64,000 nucleotides of DNA from Hyphochytrium catenoides (taxonomy: Eukaryota > Protista > Hyphochytriomycota). The stretch lies in NCBI GenBank assembly GCA_900088475.1, contig FLMG01003853.1, forward strand, positions 23,059 through 87,058, written 5' to 3'. Each line of letters begins with the position of its first letter. The first letter of the stretch is position 1. The position numbers were made by a program, and so were the translations under genes. The notes beneath the pieces are model-generated. The model had not been told where the DNA came from, did not search any database, and saw only the letters and a program-made list of their open reading frames with translations. Below are positions 15,501 through 28,300 of the stretch, one piece after another.

Positions 15501-17132
15501 AAGGGTGTCCGCTGTGACAATGTGCGTCAGCCTGTTGTTGGGCTTTGAATATCGTGAGCCCATACCGAGTCGTATCAGTCGAGATAGCCACATCTCTGTC
15601 CCAGGGTCAAACCCAATCAAGAAGATGTGGCATGCATCCAGATAGCGGCCCCAAGATTCAGTTGCAGCATGGTCACTCATCTCCTTCGCACATGAGAGAA
15701 CCTCGTCGAGAAAACTGTCTAAACATTTGACGAAAAAGGAGCGCGTACGTGAGCTAACGGACGACCTGATGCCTTCCACAATCGTATTAGCTGAGGAACT
15801 TACTCTGGAATGAGCGTGAATCAACAGGACGTCTTGGTGAGGAAGAGTTTGATTGTTTTTTCTCTTCAGTTTGCTGTTCTGCTTTAGTGCTTTCCTCATT
15901 CGGCCATTCCTCGCAGACCTCGGTTTCCTCCTCATCCTCCACTTTCTGGGTCGCCTCGCTATCTGGAGCAAGAAGGGCATAATCGCCTTCCGGCAAAGCC
16001 ACTAGATGAAGAGATGCTAAGTAAGCTTCGAGAAGGCAGTAATATAGCAATGACTCAATTGTTGGCCTGACTTCGACCGCTAGGTCAACTAGGCTAATCC
16101 ATCATTCTTCTGGTCTCTATAACCTTCTTTTCTTTGGAGCCTCTTACAAGGAATGGATACCTTTTGTCTTGGCGCTGTCTTCCAACCACTGCGGAGTAAC
16201 AACAGGAATGCCCCACTCCATTGCCGCTTCATATTTCTGCCCTGAAGGGATGTAAAAGGGATAGAGTCAAGGAGCCCCCTAAGAGCGAGATGGACGCACT
16301 ACTATCAGATATAGAATGCATATAGCAAGTGGATTGCTCTACTCGGAAAGGGTAAAGATGCATACAGAGATGACAATCTCTGGTGAGACAAGTGCAGGTA
16401 ATAAATATACCAGCATGTACCCGTAAAGATGCTAAGGGTTTGAGGGCAGAGAAGTATTGGGCAAGGCCACGATATACGAACTGAACAACAAGGATCGGGA
16501 AGTGGTTAAATGGATATTTCCGCTATGAGATGTGTGGTCAAATGGTTCTGGAGAAAGTCAACGTAGCTCCCTCCTTCGTTCTCGACTAGCTTCTGCAGTT
16601 CTTCTCGCCTTTCTGAGGTTGGAGGTTGCGGCCATCACTGACTCTTTTCCCACTGAGAATGTTAACGTACTTACCGCCAGAAATACCAGTGATTGAGATG
16701 ATAAGGCCTGTAAGTGGAAGGAGCTGATGTAGGGAAACATCTGCAATGGCTCCTTTTTCCCAGGTTTCATGTACCCAGGACACCGCAATGACTGGGATGT
16801 TCCATCGGATAGCCGCCTGCGAACAACAAAGACCACCGCGCGGCGATGAGGTTCGACAAACAAGACATCGCCTCCTTGTTAGGTCTGCACCTGGTACTTG
16901 GCTGATCTGGAAGTCTTGGCGACAAGAAAGTTGCAGGATGGTGTGAAGTCCTCCTCAAAAGTCCCTGACATGGATAAGACCATGGACACAAGGTTTTCCT
17001 AGAGAACGAGCGTACCCGCATTAGATGTTAAATTTCAAACCACCTCCTTGGCTCCGGTAACCTTACCTTTTCATCCTTATCTAAGCCAGTTGAGCAAACA
17101 GCCTTCCCCTGTAAAGCGGTGTACCTCTCCAT
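12548..17132 (-). CDS. TOPBP1: TOPBP1/Rad4/Dpb11-like multi-BRCT checkpoint scaffold (about 13 exons)
   Basis: Spliced BRCT repeats: LQGKAVCSTGLDKDEK..NFLVAK..SAKYQAAIRWNIPVIAVSWV; LTGLIISITG..THLIAE|IPSGQKYEAAMEWGIPVVTPQWL; YLDACHIFLIGF..THIV..VVSAKWL; FEGLLIFV..THVL..VVSEVWL; THLL..KYEMAQRWNVPVVTAEWL. The C-terminus is ESQ|VIKYDD. Some internal boundaries are uncertain. Confidence 0.82.
16252..16517 (-). other. U12-type (minor) AT-AC intron in the TOPBP1-like gene
   Basis: Donor GAA|ATATCCATTT, branch site TCCTTGAC (16273-16266), acceptor TTTTAC|ATC. Removal restores BRCT THLIAE-IPSGQKYEAA; read-through hits TAA 3 codons in. Confidence 0.88.
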
Positions 17133-18034
17133 TTTATTCAAGCAAAGCTACTTCAGCTCAACAGAGCAAACGGCAACAATTGCACTTCTCGGCTTGCAAA
17201 GTGAGAGCCACATCGTCGCAAGCCTCACAATTGTCACACCTGCACGGAAGTAGGTATCATGGATGCCTTGAATGAGAGGTTACTTCATGAGTTGCCTTGT
17301 CCCAGCTAAGATCTGAGAGACAAGACTGCACTGCCTGTGAGAGGAAGAGCATGTCGTGGCGTCTTCACGCCACCAACAGCCCGAAGATTAACTTCCAGCA
17401 AACAACAAAGCATCAACCATCAAGCAGCATTGCTGAGAGTGAGATAAGCGTTAGCGGCTGCCAAGCGGCGCGGCATTCATAGTCAAATGACCGTTTTTGG
17501 CGGGAGACGCCTTCATCATACTTCACAAACTCTGCCATTCTTTATCATCGAACATCAATGTGAGGGCCTGATAGAACCGCAGGAACGGACATCTATTAAG
17601 AGCGCTTTGGGTCGTTCCATTGGCCGTCAAGCCTCTGCTCATCATAGCTGCTAGAAACTGACAACGTCAACACGTGTAATAGAGTGCCCTGTCCCTCTAT
17701 CTTGGCTATCATCAAGGGGGCAGCTAACATATTTGATGACTTCGCCACATTCCACGGATCACAGATATTCCCTAGTCCTCCTTATAATAAACTAACTTGC
17801 TCTTGACCCTTGCCGTGGCGGACATCTCTCCCATGGCTAGCTATCGTGTCACCACGAGACCACAATGCTTTGCTCTTTGACTTTAGTGGTCGTAGTCCAC
17901 TTGGAAGTTATTAAGCATTGGTATGACGTTCTGAGAACGATGCGTTATACGAGAGTGCGTAGCATAGATGTACACTTGAGCAGCCAACTAACTATTAAGT
18001 TACTCATATTAGCTGCAAGCCTTCATGGTCCGTC

Positions 18035-19698
18035 TTAAAAGTACTCTCCGGTGGCATACCGCGCTATCTGGTTCTGGAGCAGCATATAGGGAAAAAGATG
18101 TCAGCACATGGAGACCGCATGATAAGAAAGCTCTTCTCCAGCTATGGACGTGAGACGATGCAACTACTGAAGAAATAGCTATCCTGGAAACTTAGTCCCA
18201 GAACCGCCCAATTTGCCATTTCCGCCCTGTACTTAATGCTCCCAAAAGATATATCCCGTCTTACCTTGATGGGCGTGCCAAGGTTTAGCAGGCCTAGCCC
18301 AAAGTTCCTGCCGAACGCGAGAATCTGGTTGTCGTTGCTGAAAAGTCTTTTGAAAGCATCAATGGATCCCTGCATAAGCAGATTCGCTGCCTTCCTTTGG
18401 CTCTCGTAACTCTTCAGAAGCTGTGGGCTGCCGATGTCTTGGCCACTTTCAAAGCCCTTAAGGACGGTGTTGGCCAAAACTTCGGCATCCTTCAGGCCCA
18501 AGTTGAGCCCTTGCCCTGCCAAAGGATGGACCGAATGCGCTGCATCCCCTATGAGGGCTACGCGATCCCCAACATAGCTCGAAGCGTGTCTGAGTTTTAG
18601 AGGGAAGATGAAGCGCTTCCTTCCAGGTAAATCAGTTATTGCGGGCGGTAGCTGAAAAGCCGAAACCGAGTGCGAGGCTGAAATGACTGTCCGCGCCAAG
18701 CCTGCTCCTATATCAGACGCCGTTGAAAGGAAAGGTATGGGTTGGTTCAAGAGGGGAATAGGAGGTATGTCTAGACCTCGGACCACTTCCGGAGGGGTTC
18801 GAAGTGCGTCATTCAACTCTCGTAGAAAGTCTGCTTCTGATAGTCCGACGAGTCGCTTAGCCTCTGCGGGGCTTGTAGACCAGACAATGGAGCTATAGTT
18901 CTCTCTGAGGGGTAACAGAGCTAAAGGTCCTGTCTTCAGAAACCTTTGCCATGCGGTTCTATTCTCTGTCTCGGTCTGTACCGTCGCTACAATAGCGTGT
19001 TGGTCGTATTCCCATCCCCATGTAGGTATATTCTCAAGCTGTCGAATGCGTGACTCACCGCCATCAGCTCCAATCACAAGCCGCGCCGACACAGGGTTTG
19101 GCCTATGGTCTAGTGTGAGCTCTCTCCATCCGGCTGGGGTTTCCGCCGGTCTCATATCCTTCACACTACTAGGGCAAAGTATGTCAATCCGACCCTGCTG
19201 CGAAAGCTCGTGTAACCTTTCGAACAGAGCAGAATGAAGCACGTTGTGCTCAACGATGTAGCCGAGGCAATTGATGCCAACCTCTGATGCATTGAAGCGA
19301 ATGAAGCCATTTCCAACCCCATCCCAGACTTGCATGTGGGTGTACTCGTGGGTCCGCTCACCACTAACTCTGTCCCACACGCCAATGGATTCTAGAAAGC
19401 GCTTGGAGCCCGGTGTGATAGCATAAACGCGCAACTCCGGGACTTTCTGTGATAGAGCCATTGACAAGGGACGCGGAGGAGCTGTCTCGACCAGAGCAAT
19501 TTTCTGGCCCTTTGCCCTCGGAGATGCAGCCAGAGCACAAGCAAATGCGGTGCCAGGAATGCCTCCTCCAGAAACAATTGCATCATAGTCTCCTTCCTGC
19601 TCCGGTACTGCAGTGTAGCTCCGTGCCAGCGAACGGAAAGTGTCGAGCGGTCGTACGGGCCGCGAGGCTCTCCGTACTAGGCGGATTTCTCGTAGCAT
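18035..19698 (-). CDS. COQ6: Ubiquinone biosynthesis FAD monooxygenase COQ6 with mitochondrial presequence (2 exons)
   Basis: DAIVSGGGIPG, MQVWD, LVIGADG, AWQRFLKTGPLALLP and RVALIGDAAHSVHPLAGQGLNLG; final short exon NQIARYATGEYF* after GTPIK|GTAAG. Confidence 0.93.
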
Positions 19699-20394
19699 TC
19701 TTGTGACTTATGAAAGCCCCCAAACAAGGCCAGAGTCGCGCCTACAAGGCCCTATGGAGGAGCTCTCATAGATAGTTTGATGTTCTGCTATTGTCGTGGG
19801 TTCTCTTGGCCGTGACACACTGTCCGAGGTTCATTAACAGCTGAGACCAATGCAAAATGAAGGCTGATGAGACCGAAGAAAATCATTCTTTCCTGCAGAC
19901 AGATCTTCTTTTACTCAATGAATCTCAACAATCTCAACTGTTCTGATGCGAAGCTCTCCGTACAAATATAGCGGTAACTTGAGCGACTATCTCTAGACAA
20001 ATCCTCACCACAAACGTATGCTATTAAGGCTTGTAATTGATTATCTCTTACATTGGAGTCTTTATGCCTTTTGGGGGAATCTGAATTACGACAGTTCATG
20101 GTTATCTGCAGATTTCTGATAACTGCATTGCCTAAACCTGTTCACAATAGGGTATTATTACTACATAAATTTATCACGCTCCACCTATTGCAGGTGTGAA
20201 GGGTTATTACTACATTCGAGACGCTGTAGCACTTGACATTGCGGACTGTTGCTACAGAAAACCGATAACAGAAGCTGCAGCTTCATCGACACCCGGAACT
20301 CAGAGCATCTTCTCTGAGAGACATCCATCTCTGGCTGTCACAGTTCATAGTGCCAAGTCGATTAGGGCCAAGGTCATGACGCTAACCACGTAAG

Positions 20395-22609
20395 ATGAAG
20401 CCCTATCAGGTCGCACGGGGTCTGGTTTGGCTGACCCTGGTAGTTGTCGCAGTATCGGCCCACGTGGCTGCTAATAACATCCGCAGGCGAGCATCAGATG
20501 GCTCTGTCTACGAGTTTGGTCGTTTTCACAGGAAGTTCACCTTCTGGAATGAAGCTATTCCAGAGCAAATTCACATGGCTCTGGGAGATAGCAAGGGTTC
20601 GGGAATAACTATAACGTGGATGACCAAAGCAAAGACGGAGACATCTGTTGTTGAGTATGGAGAGCAACAAACGAATCTAGCTTCTGTTGAGGGAGGCACC
20701 TCTCAGTACCAGTTTAAGCACTACACTTCGGGCTTCATTCATTCTGTCTCACTGTCTGCTCACTCCTTGCGGCCATCCACGCGCTACATCTACCGTTGTG
20801 GGGACAGAGTGTCAGGGATCTGGAGCCCATTTTACAGCTTCACCACTCCTCCGCCAGTCGGAGCTTCAAGCACAATCACTTTTGGCGTAGTCGGCGACTT
20901 GGGCCAGGTGAGAGCTTGTCTGTCTGCGCTTGTCTTGCTCATTCTGCAAACGTTCTGGATAATTGAACCACGGCGGGAGTTATCAGATTGCCTAAGAATC
21001 TTTTGGAGGCATCGGTTAGACCCAAAGGCTCCCTACCTAGTTTCAAAATTATGATGTCTTTAACGATCAAGCAGACTTCTCAAACTTCACTTTGCCTCTA
21101 ACGTCCCTCTTTATTCTAGACCCAGAATTCTTTGAAAACATTGGAGGCGCTCATGATGGACCGAGATGGCTACCCAAAAATTGATGTGATGCTTATTCCT
21201 GGTCAGCTTATATCTTAGGCTAGGCGTAGTCCATAGTAAACCACTCAGCATTGACAGGAGTCTTGCAGGTGATCTCTCATATGCAGACGGGGTCCCTGAA
21301 CGCTGGGATAGCTGGGGAAAGTTGGTTGAGAATCTCACCACTGTGGTGCCACTGTAAGCATGCAATGCACAAATGATGAACTCTTATATCCAGTTTTTGT
21401 CTCATTTCCACCCCGACCGTTAGGATGACCGCTCCTGGCAATCACGAGATCTATGAAGATGAGAAGTTCATAGCTTACAAGGTAATTTAGAAGGACCATA
21501 GGGAGCTGACCTTCATTGTAACCCATTCTCACCGTAGCTTCATCTACACTTAGTACCGGTTTCCGATGCCGGAGGACCCAATAAACAAAGGCAAAGACCG
21601 CCTCTTCTATTCCGTTGATGTCGGACCCACACATTTGATCTTCTTAAACTCCTACATACTGGAAGAAGCGCCCGTCCAGAAAGACTGGTTACAAAGGGAT
21701 CTGCAAAGGTAGTGCTCTATGAAGTAGTGGCTTCGATTATCTCCCAACCTGTAGCAATTCGAGCTCCCTAAGGAGTCCTTTATCAATCCTCTTCCAGACT
21801 TTAGTTCCATCAGCTCGCTTTTTTACTCCGCAACTGCTCATATGTCTGTTGCCTAGCGTCAATCGTGAAAAGACACCGTGGGTCTTGCTTTTCATGCACA
21901 ATCCCTGGTACAATAGCAACTGGGCACATCAGGACGCAGACGAACCGCAGTGGATTCTCAAGCAGGAGTTGGAGACCATACTTTACCGATATAAAGTTGA
22001 CGCGGTTTTCGCCGGTACTTGCCGAGTACAGAGAAACACCTAGACGTGGTCGTGTAGCAACTCATGTGTTCCCGTTCAGGCCATGTCCATGCCTATGAGA
22101 GGACCTATCCTGTCTTTCAAGGGAGGGTTGTCCCCGAGGCGCCGTACTACTTCACTGTGGGTGGAGGCGGCAATAGGGAAGGTATAGTACCTTGCTACCG
22201 TGATTATTCTTACTGCCGAACAGTATGTGCGACCTTTCCTTTTGGCCGCACTTGATAGCTTCATTTCTGGTGCACAGGGGCTTTTAGCTAACCTTCGACT
22301 TCTGCGCTCTGAATACTATTTATTCTTGGAATTTTTTCTTCTAAACTCATGCCTCTCTAATTCCGCTGTCTAGGTTTAGCGGATGCGTTTATGGATCCTC
22401 AGCCTGAGTGGTCAGCTTTCCGCGCAGCCAAGTACGGAGGAAGCCGCATAGAGGTCTTGAACGCCACCCATTGCCGGATAGAATGGTTCTCGAACGATCA
22501 GTTGTTGCAACNNNNNNNNNNNNNNNNNNNNNNNNNNNNNNNNNNNNNNNNNNNNNNNNNNNNNNNNNNNNNAAGTTCAGCTGCTGACGTTTGTCACACA
22601 GCACAGTGA
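20395..22609 (+). CDS. Secreted purple acid phosphatase (at least 8 exons; 3' end obscured by N-gap)
   Basis: Signal peptide and N-terminal domain PEQIHMAL..ITWMT; metal-binding motifs GDLG, GDLSYAD, GNHE, FMHNPWY, GHVHAYER and GGNREG across GT-AG-spliced exons. Confidence 0.93.
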
Positions 22610-22822
22610 CGAAGTGCAAAAGGAGAGTCCGTAGCTTCTTAGAATACGTATGAAACCAACCTCGGACTATGGCGATTTGACAAGTATATTACCAGTACAC
22701 TATCTACTAGTACAACTAATCCCAGTAATAGCTTCACGCAAGGACGCATCACCTAGCTGCCCGGGAGTGTGTAACAGAGTGTCCGCTGATTCCGACAACT
22801 AACTGGGATGCAATGTTAAGAC

Positions 22823-24332
22823 TTACAAGCCTTGAGCCAATCGAGAAAGAAAGTCAGAGGCCATTTTCTTTGTTGGAGAGTCTGTTAAAGAGTTTTGGGT
22901 AGAACCAATCGTCTCCCCCGGCTTGTCCTCCTTTTCTCTGGATAAGCTTGATGGGGCAGCTGTCCCGCCTCCTTTCTTTGCCTTCAACTTTGCTCTCCTT
23001 TCGGCAATTCGTCTCTCCCTTTTATCATCTTTATGTTGCGTCCTCACCGCGTTGGTCGTCTTTGTCATTTGCTGCAGATATTCTTTCTCCTGTTGGCTAA
23101 AGCCGTGCTCCCATTGCGATGTGACGCCAGCCCCCTGTATGTTGGGTCCGGTCCCTGTCCTACTGCTACGATAGGGTTAGCCATCTCAGGAGTGTAGAGA
23201 ACAAGCAAATTCCCGCACAGGACAGACGTTGAGAGCAGCAGGGAGCAGAACTAGCAGTGAGGTCAGCAAAGCTTGCCGAGTCCCATAGGCGAAAGACAGA
23301 GCGTGAGAATGGCACCCAATCTAAATCAAGAACAACAAGAGAGCACTTCCCGGCCTCTGCTGAACTAGCTTTCACTAACCTCTCGTCTGTCGCCAACGAC
23401 GGGCCATTTGGTTCTTTGTGACGCCTCAAATATTCCAGGTGCGCAGGACTACCCTTGGCCACAACGATAACTCTGCCAAAGTCGTCCTCAATTTCCACGG
23501 TATCTCCCGCGCCCGACAGCGCTTGTGACTTCGGGGATGGGCTTGGAGAAGGAGAAGCATTACTCGGGTACGATGTACCACCAGTCGTTTCCACCTATAA
23601 GAAAAGCGTTGAGCAAAGTAATTGTAAACTGAAATTGTCAGAAGGTGATTGAGATCAAGTCGCAGGCCAAGACGCGTACGGGCCAGGGTGAAAACTTTCA
23701 GCAGACAGAAATATGACGGAATTATTGAGGGAGAGATCAGGCTCTACCCAGCATGCAGAAGTAGCTCATCTCTACACTAAGGGCAGACTTTTGGTGGAGA
23801 GTCAGGGAGTGACACGTGGAGAAAATGCGGGCGAAGTACCTTCTTCTTGAAGTCCACCAGAAAGCTCCCTTTGGCATCCGGCGGTAGAGGTTGCCCCTTG
23901 GATAGCTTTTCGTATAGCGCGGCCTTTCTTGCCAACGCCTCCTGTGAAGCCCTTAACTTGTCTTCCGTTTGTCGAAATTCTTCTTCCTCGGCCTGATTAC
24001 GGTCATCTACCCCCTGCATTATAACAAAGCAAAGATGGAAGCGATGGCTGAGTCGCTAAAGCTCAAATGTAGCCCTGGCCTGCAGCTTTCAAACCAAGTC
24101 TCACCTTGTTCTTCTTATTGAACAGTTCATCTGCTCTTGACCCTGAAGGCCTAAATTTCTTGCCCACTACTCTTCTGACTCCTGGTGTGCCCGCTATTGC
24201 CTTGGTCTCTTCTAGCTCTCGTTTGTGTTTGTGTACGACTGCCTTCAGATCAAAGATTGAGCTGGAATCGACTTTGATTGGCTTGGCCTTGGATGGCAGC
24301 AAGGCCGACTCTGTCAGAAATCCCATCGACAT
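22823..24332 (-). CDS. CCDC174: CCDC174-like coiled-coil protein (4 exons)
   Basis: MGFLTESALLP..DLKAVV, KNK|GVDDR, ALARKAALYEKL..FLVDF, VEIEDDFGR and RIAERRAKL match my recollection of the CCDC174 family pattern. Confidence 0.65.
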
Positions 24333-24408
24333 CTTTACGAAAGATAAGATAGCCACGACTCCGCTTTAGAGCAAGTTAGAGTACTGCCGAGAGATTCTCA
24401 AGAAAGCC

Positions 24409-24506
24409 TTTGCTTGCGCCAAGACCGTGCAAACACTAGTCCTGCACACGTTCTGGCTTTTGCTTGCGCCAAGACGTGCAAACACTAGCCCTGCGCGACG
24501 TTCTGA
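24409..24506. repeat. Imperfect ~50-bp tandem duplication upstream of the CCDC174-like gene
   Basis: TTTGCTTGCGCCAAGAC(C)GTGCAAACACTAGYCCTGC..ACGTTCTG occurs at 24409 and 24459. Confidence 0.9.
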
Positions 24507-25352
24507 CAGGTGACAATCGCCCACACAGAAAGAAAAAGCGTTTCTGCAAGTTAGGCAGCGGAGGTTCACTCCTCAATTCTGATTGAAGCTTTGTGTCAAA
24601 CGACGCTAAGGTGCGCACATTGCAGTAGATGGGGCCCCTCTAATGACACATTATGCCAATACGGTCGTGTGGTAGAAGCCTTAAAAGGGGAGAGAGCGCA
24701 CCAATTGCGCCCACACAACAGCAGATTTTGTACTTCCTTGTCACTTGATGGCGAAGGGTAATGAAAGAGCTTCTTTATGGTTCTGTTTTCCTGCCGTTGT
24801 TTGTCTCCAGGAGACACGCGGTGCCACTTCCTCTTTACCATCGATCGCTCTCTCTCTCCTCTTTCCGCTCTTCCACTCTTCAGTGTGAAGCAGCCCCTCT
24901 TCCTCGTGCGGCAAGGTGGTGGTGGTAACAACAAAATCACAAGACACTGATAGACAAGAAGACCGACCTGTCCACCAGCTTTGGCTATCAACTTTCTTCC
25001 TTCTCCTTCCTACGCAGTACGCAGACAAGACTCTCACTCTTCTTACCCTCATCCCCTATGTCCTCTTCAATATCCTTCTAGTGAGTTGTTGGTAGGCTCA
25101 GCGCCCATCTCACTGCACAGCGTGTCCAGGGCATGTCTTTAATGTGTTTATGTGTTCCGAGGATGGCACTCTCGGATTCTCCTAACATCTAAACAATCAA
25201 TAGTATGTGTGGCGGGAGCACTGAGCCAATCGGACGCCCAAATAAATAATAGACTACTTCTAATGATAACGATCAAGCAGTGGTATCAACCACCAAGAGC
25301 TGGCAAAGCAGGAGCAGCGGTAAACAGTGGCAGAAGGCCCGGAAGTCTCGCG

Positions 25353-28300
25353 TCAATGCATCATCCGTTCTTGAGAGGATGTTGAGGTAGTTGATGGTGG
25401 GCCAGCTTCATACGGCAGCACACGCACTGTATCATCAGCCATGGCGGCTGCCGCTGCGGCCGCTGCTTCCAAAGCTTCTGTCGGGATGGCTGGAAAAAAA
25501 GTAAGGATGAATACTAGTTAGAGCTGTTACTCAGTTGAGCAATTGGACGACACGAATAGCCAAATAAACCAAGAAAAAAAAATAGAGGTCTGGGGCAAAG
25601 CTTACAGGGTTTCCGACCCCATCTTAGGCTTCTCATTCGGCCGAAGTTACTCCCAGGAGTCGGCGGAGTTTGTGGGTGGACTCCGCCTGTCGTCGGGCTC
25701 TCATTGGAAATGTTGAAAGGGAGCACAATCTGTTTCGGTGGGGTGATGGACTTCTTCCTTTCCCGTATAGCGGCGGTTTCTTCGGGGGAGAACTCAAGCA
25801 ACGTGGTCAGGACAGGCTCTAAACTCTTTTGACCCGGTGAACCTTCGGGCAAGGTCATATACTAATAAGGAGGTCATTAGCTGCTCTTAGCCTTTACGAC
25901 AGTTAGATAGAGATCAATCAAACTGAGGAGGGGGGAGGGCACAACGAAGGGGAACCGCGTCAGCAAAGCGACATCGAGACAAACCCGGAAAGATGAGCAG
26001 CATTGAGGAACAGGAAGTCTCGGTAATTCTGCAGAACGACCTATCATACCTGGAAGACGATGTTCTTGAGATATTCCATATTAACCCCTAGATAAAAGAT
26101 CACCAGCAAAGTTAAAACTTCTTAGCATTAGGCCGAAAGAAGAAAGACGCATCTTGCCTTCTCGTCGCCGACTTTTTAAGGCGTTCTCTGTCTTCTTCTT
26201 CTCTGCGTTTAGCCGATCACTGAAACTGGCAAGTTCCTGCGGTTTGGGTAGCAGCACATCAAGTAAATGCCCTTAAGAGCACGAGGGGAAGCTAAAGAGT
26301 CCGCCTGAGTACCTCGTTAGCCTCAATGAGCTTCCGCTGCAATGTCTGAATCACTTCTTGCTGAGCTCTAAACTCGACATCTCTTTGTGCCTGCAAGCAT
26401 CAGCCGATAAGATAAAGGTGTCTTCGTACAGCCAGAGTCTCAAATATAATATTTGTGGAATGTTTATGATCCAAAACTTAAAATGCCAGGGATTGTATCG
26501 TGGTAAAGCAGAGAGACACAGACCTGGAACTGCGCATATTTGAAGATCCTTCGATCGTCAGCGCTGCCACTTTCCACTTCCTGATTGTTCAAGATTTATA
26601 AGTCAGGTTATACCTCTCGTTCAGTAGTCTGTCACGATATACGCGACTCGCGTACCTCTTGAAGTTTTTTTAGTCTTTCTTGTAGGGCTTCGACTTCTCT
26701 TTCTCGTTCCTCGACGAGCTGTCGAGCTAGCCGCTGCTTGTGCTTGAACTCTGCATCCTGCCGGCGCATAGCCGCCATCAAATCCTCCTTCTACAAGCGC
26801 ACTGCAGTTGGTCACCCTGCTTCTTGAGAAACTTGAAAGGTATTGATTTTGAAGGAAATTGCTACTGCTGAGTGCAATCACTACGTAACCTACTTGATCT
26901 TCGAGCTCTTTTGCTCGGGAGTTGTTGAGTCTTAGGATCTCCTCTTCCTTCTCACTTAACGCATAACTGAAGGAAGCCTCTTTCTCCTACACCAGATTGG
27001 ATTAGTTAGTCTGTGTGGGGAAGCCCCATCAAAATCCTAGAGCGCAGGTAACTATGGCCATCCTCTTCCGTCCTCATTCCTCTCCTTGCTGATCTTTTCC
27101 TTAGAAATATATCGCAATTTCTCACCTCAAGAGTCCTCCTGACCCGTGCAAGCTCAATCTCGACCTTTCTACATTTTTCAACCGACTTTTTCCTCTGCAT
27201 TCAATGGCAAAATAAGGAAGAAGGACGGATATTAATGGGAAGAATACGAGCGTGAGGTCATTTTCCGCAGGGAGATGTAGTGGGGCACATAAAAGAATCT
27301 TCAAAGTGAGAACAACAAATATACAGAGCGCCCCAATTCAAGAGAGGGAAAGATTGCGGACGACCAAAACATCGCTAGTAGTTTTCTCTCCCATAACCTT
27401 TGCATGTAAGATCGACCAGCAGATAATCGGGGGCTCAACGATATTTAACACGGATGGACATGAAGGTCACGACGTAGCATAGAGATGGGTAGCGGTACGA
27501 CAAGGGTCTCTTATATGAAAACAAAGGAGTGGCTTATCCTGCAGGAAATAGAAAACGACGAGGCTCGTGAACCGTTTACCTCATCCATCTCCTTGTCATA
27601 CTCATGCTGCAGCTGTTCAAGCTCCGCTTGGACTGCCGCCGCCTGAGCAACCCGTTCAGCATGAATTTCAGTCGCTCTTTCCTTTTCTTTTCTCAGCCGT
27701 TGTAAGAGGGAAGAGCTTTCGACTGCCTTCGTTCGGAGCTCCGATAGTTGCTTGAGTGAGACAATTGGAGTAAGAAGCGGAAATTTGACTAGGGTACAAG
27801 GGCCAGGCAACGCGGCATCAGGAACGGTATGCAAAAGATATAGAAGGGACAAAAACGGCTGAGTCTTCTAACTTTAGCTGCTTCTTCACCTGGTTGATTG
27901 CCTCGTTATTTTCCTTTAGCACCTTAATGTGTGCCTTTAGATCTTCATTTTCTGAAGCAAGTGATTGCAGGTCTGACTCCAGCCCAGAAACACGGCAGGT
28001 GGCGCTCTCAAGAGCCTAACGGCAGAGACTCAGTGCCCAGAGTCGACTGCCTATGGCTTACATAGTGTTTACGACTAGACTGCGTCAAGGCGGGAATCGA
28101 GCAGGAAAGGACGAATACCTAACTCAGACCAGAAGAGTGCGAGTCGGAAGAGACGCCCCGAAATGCTTGGCTTTATAGCTTTACCTCTTCCAGACGCTTC
28201 GAAGACTCAGACTCGTAAGTGGCGGCTTTGAAAGTCAGCAGAGCCTAGGGACGGAAAGCGGGAAGCATAACTTATCCAGAGAACACGAAGAGCTGATCAA

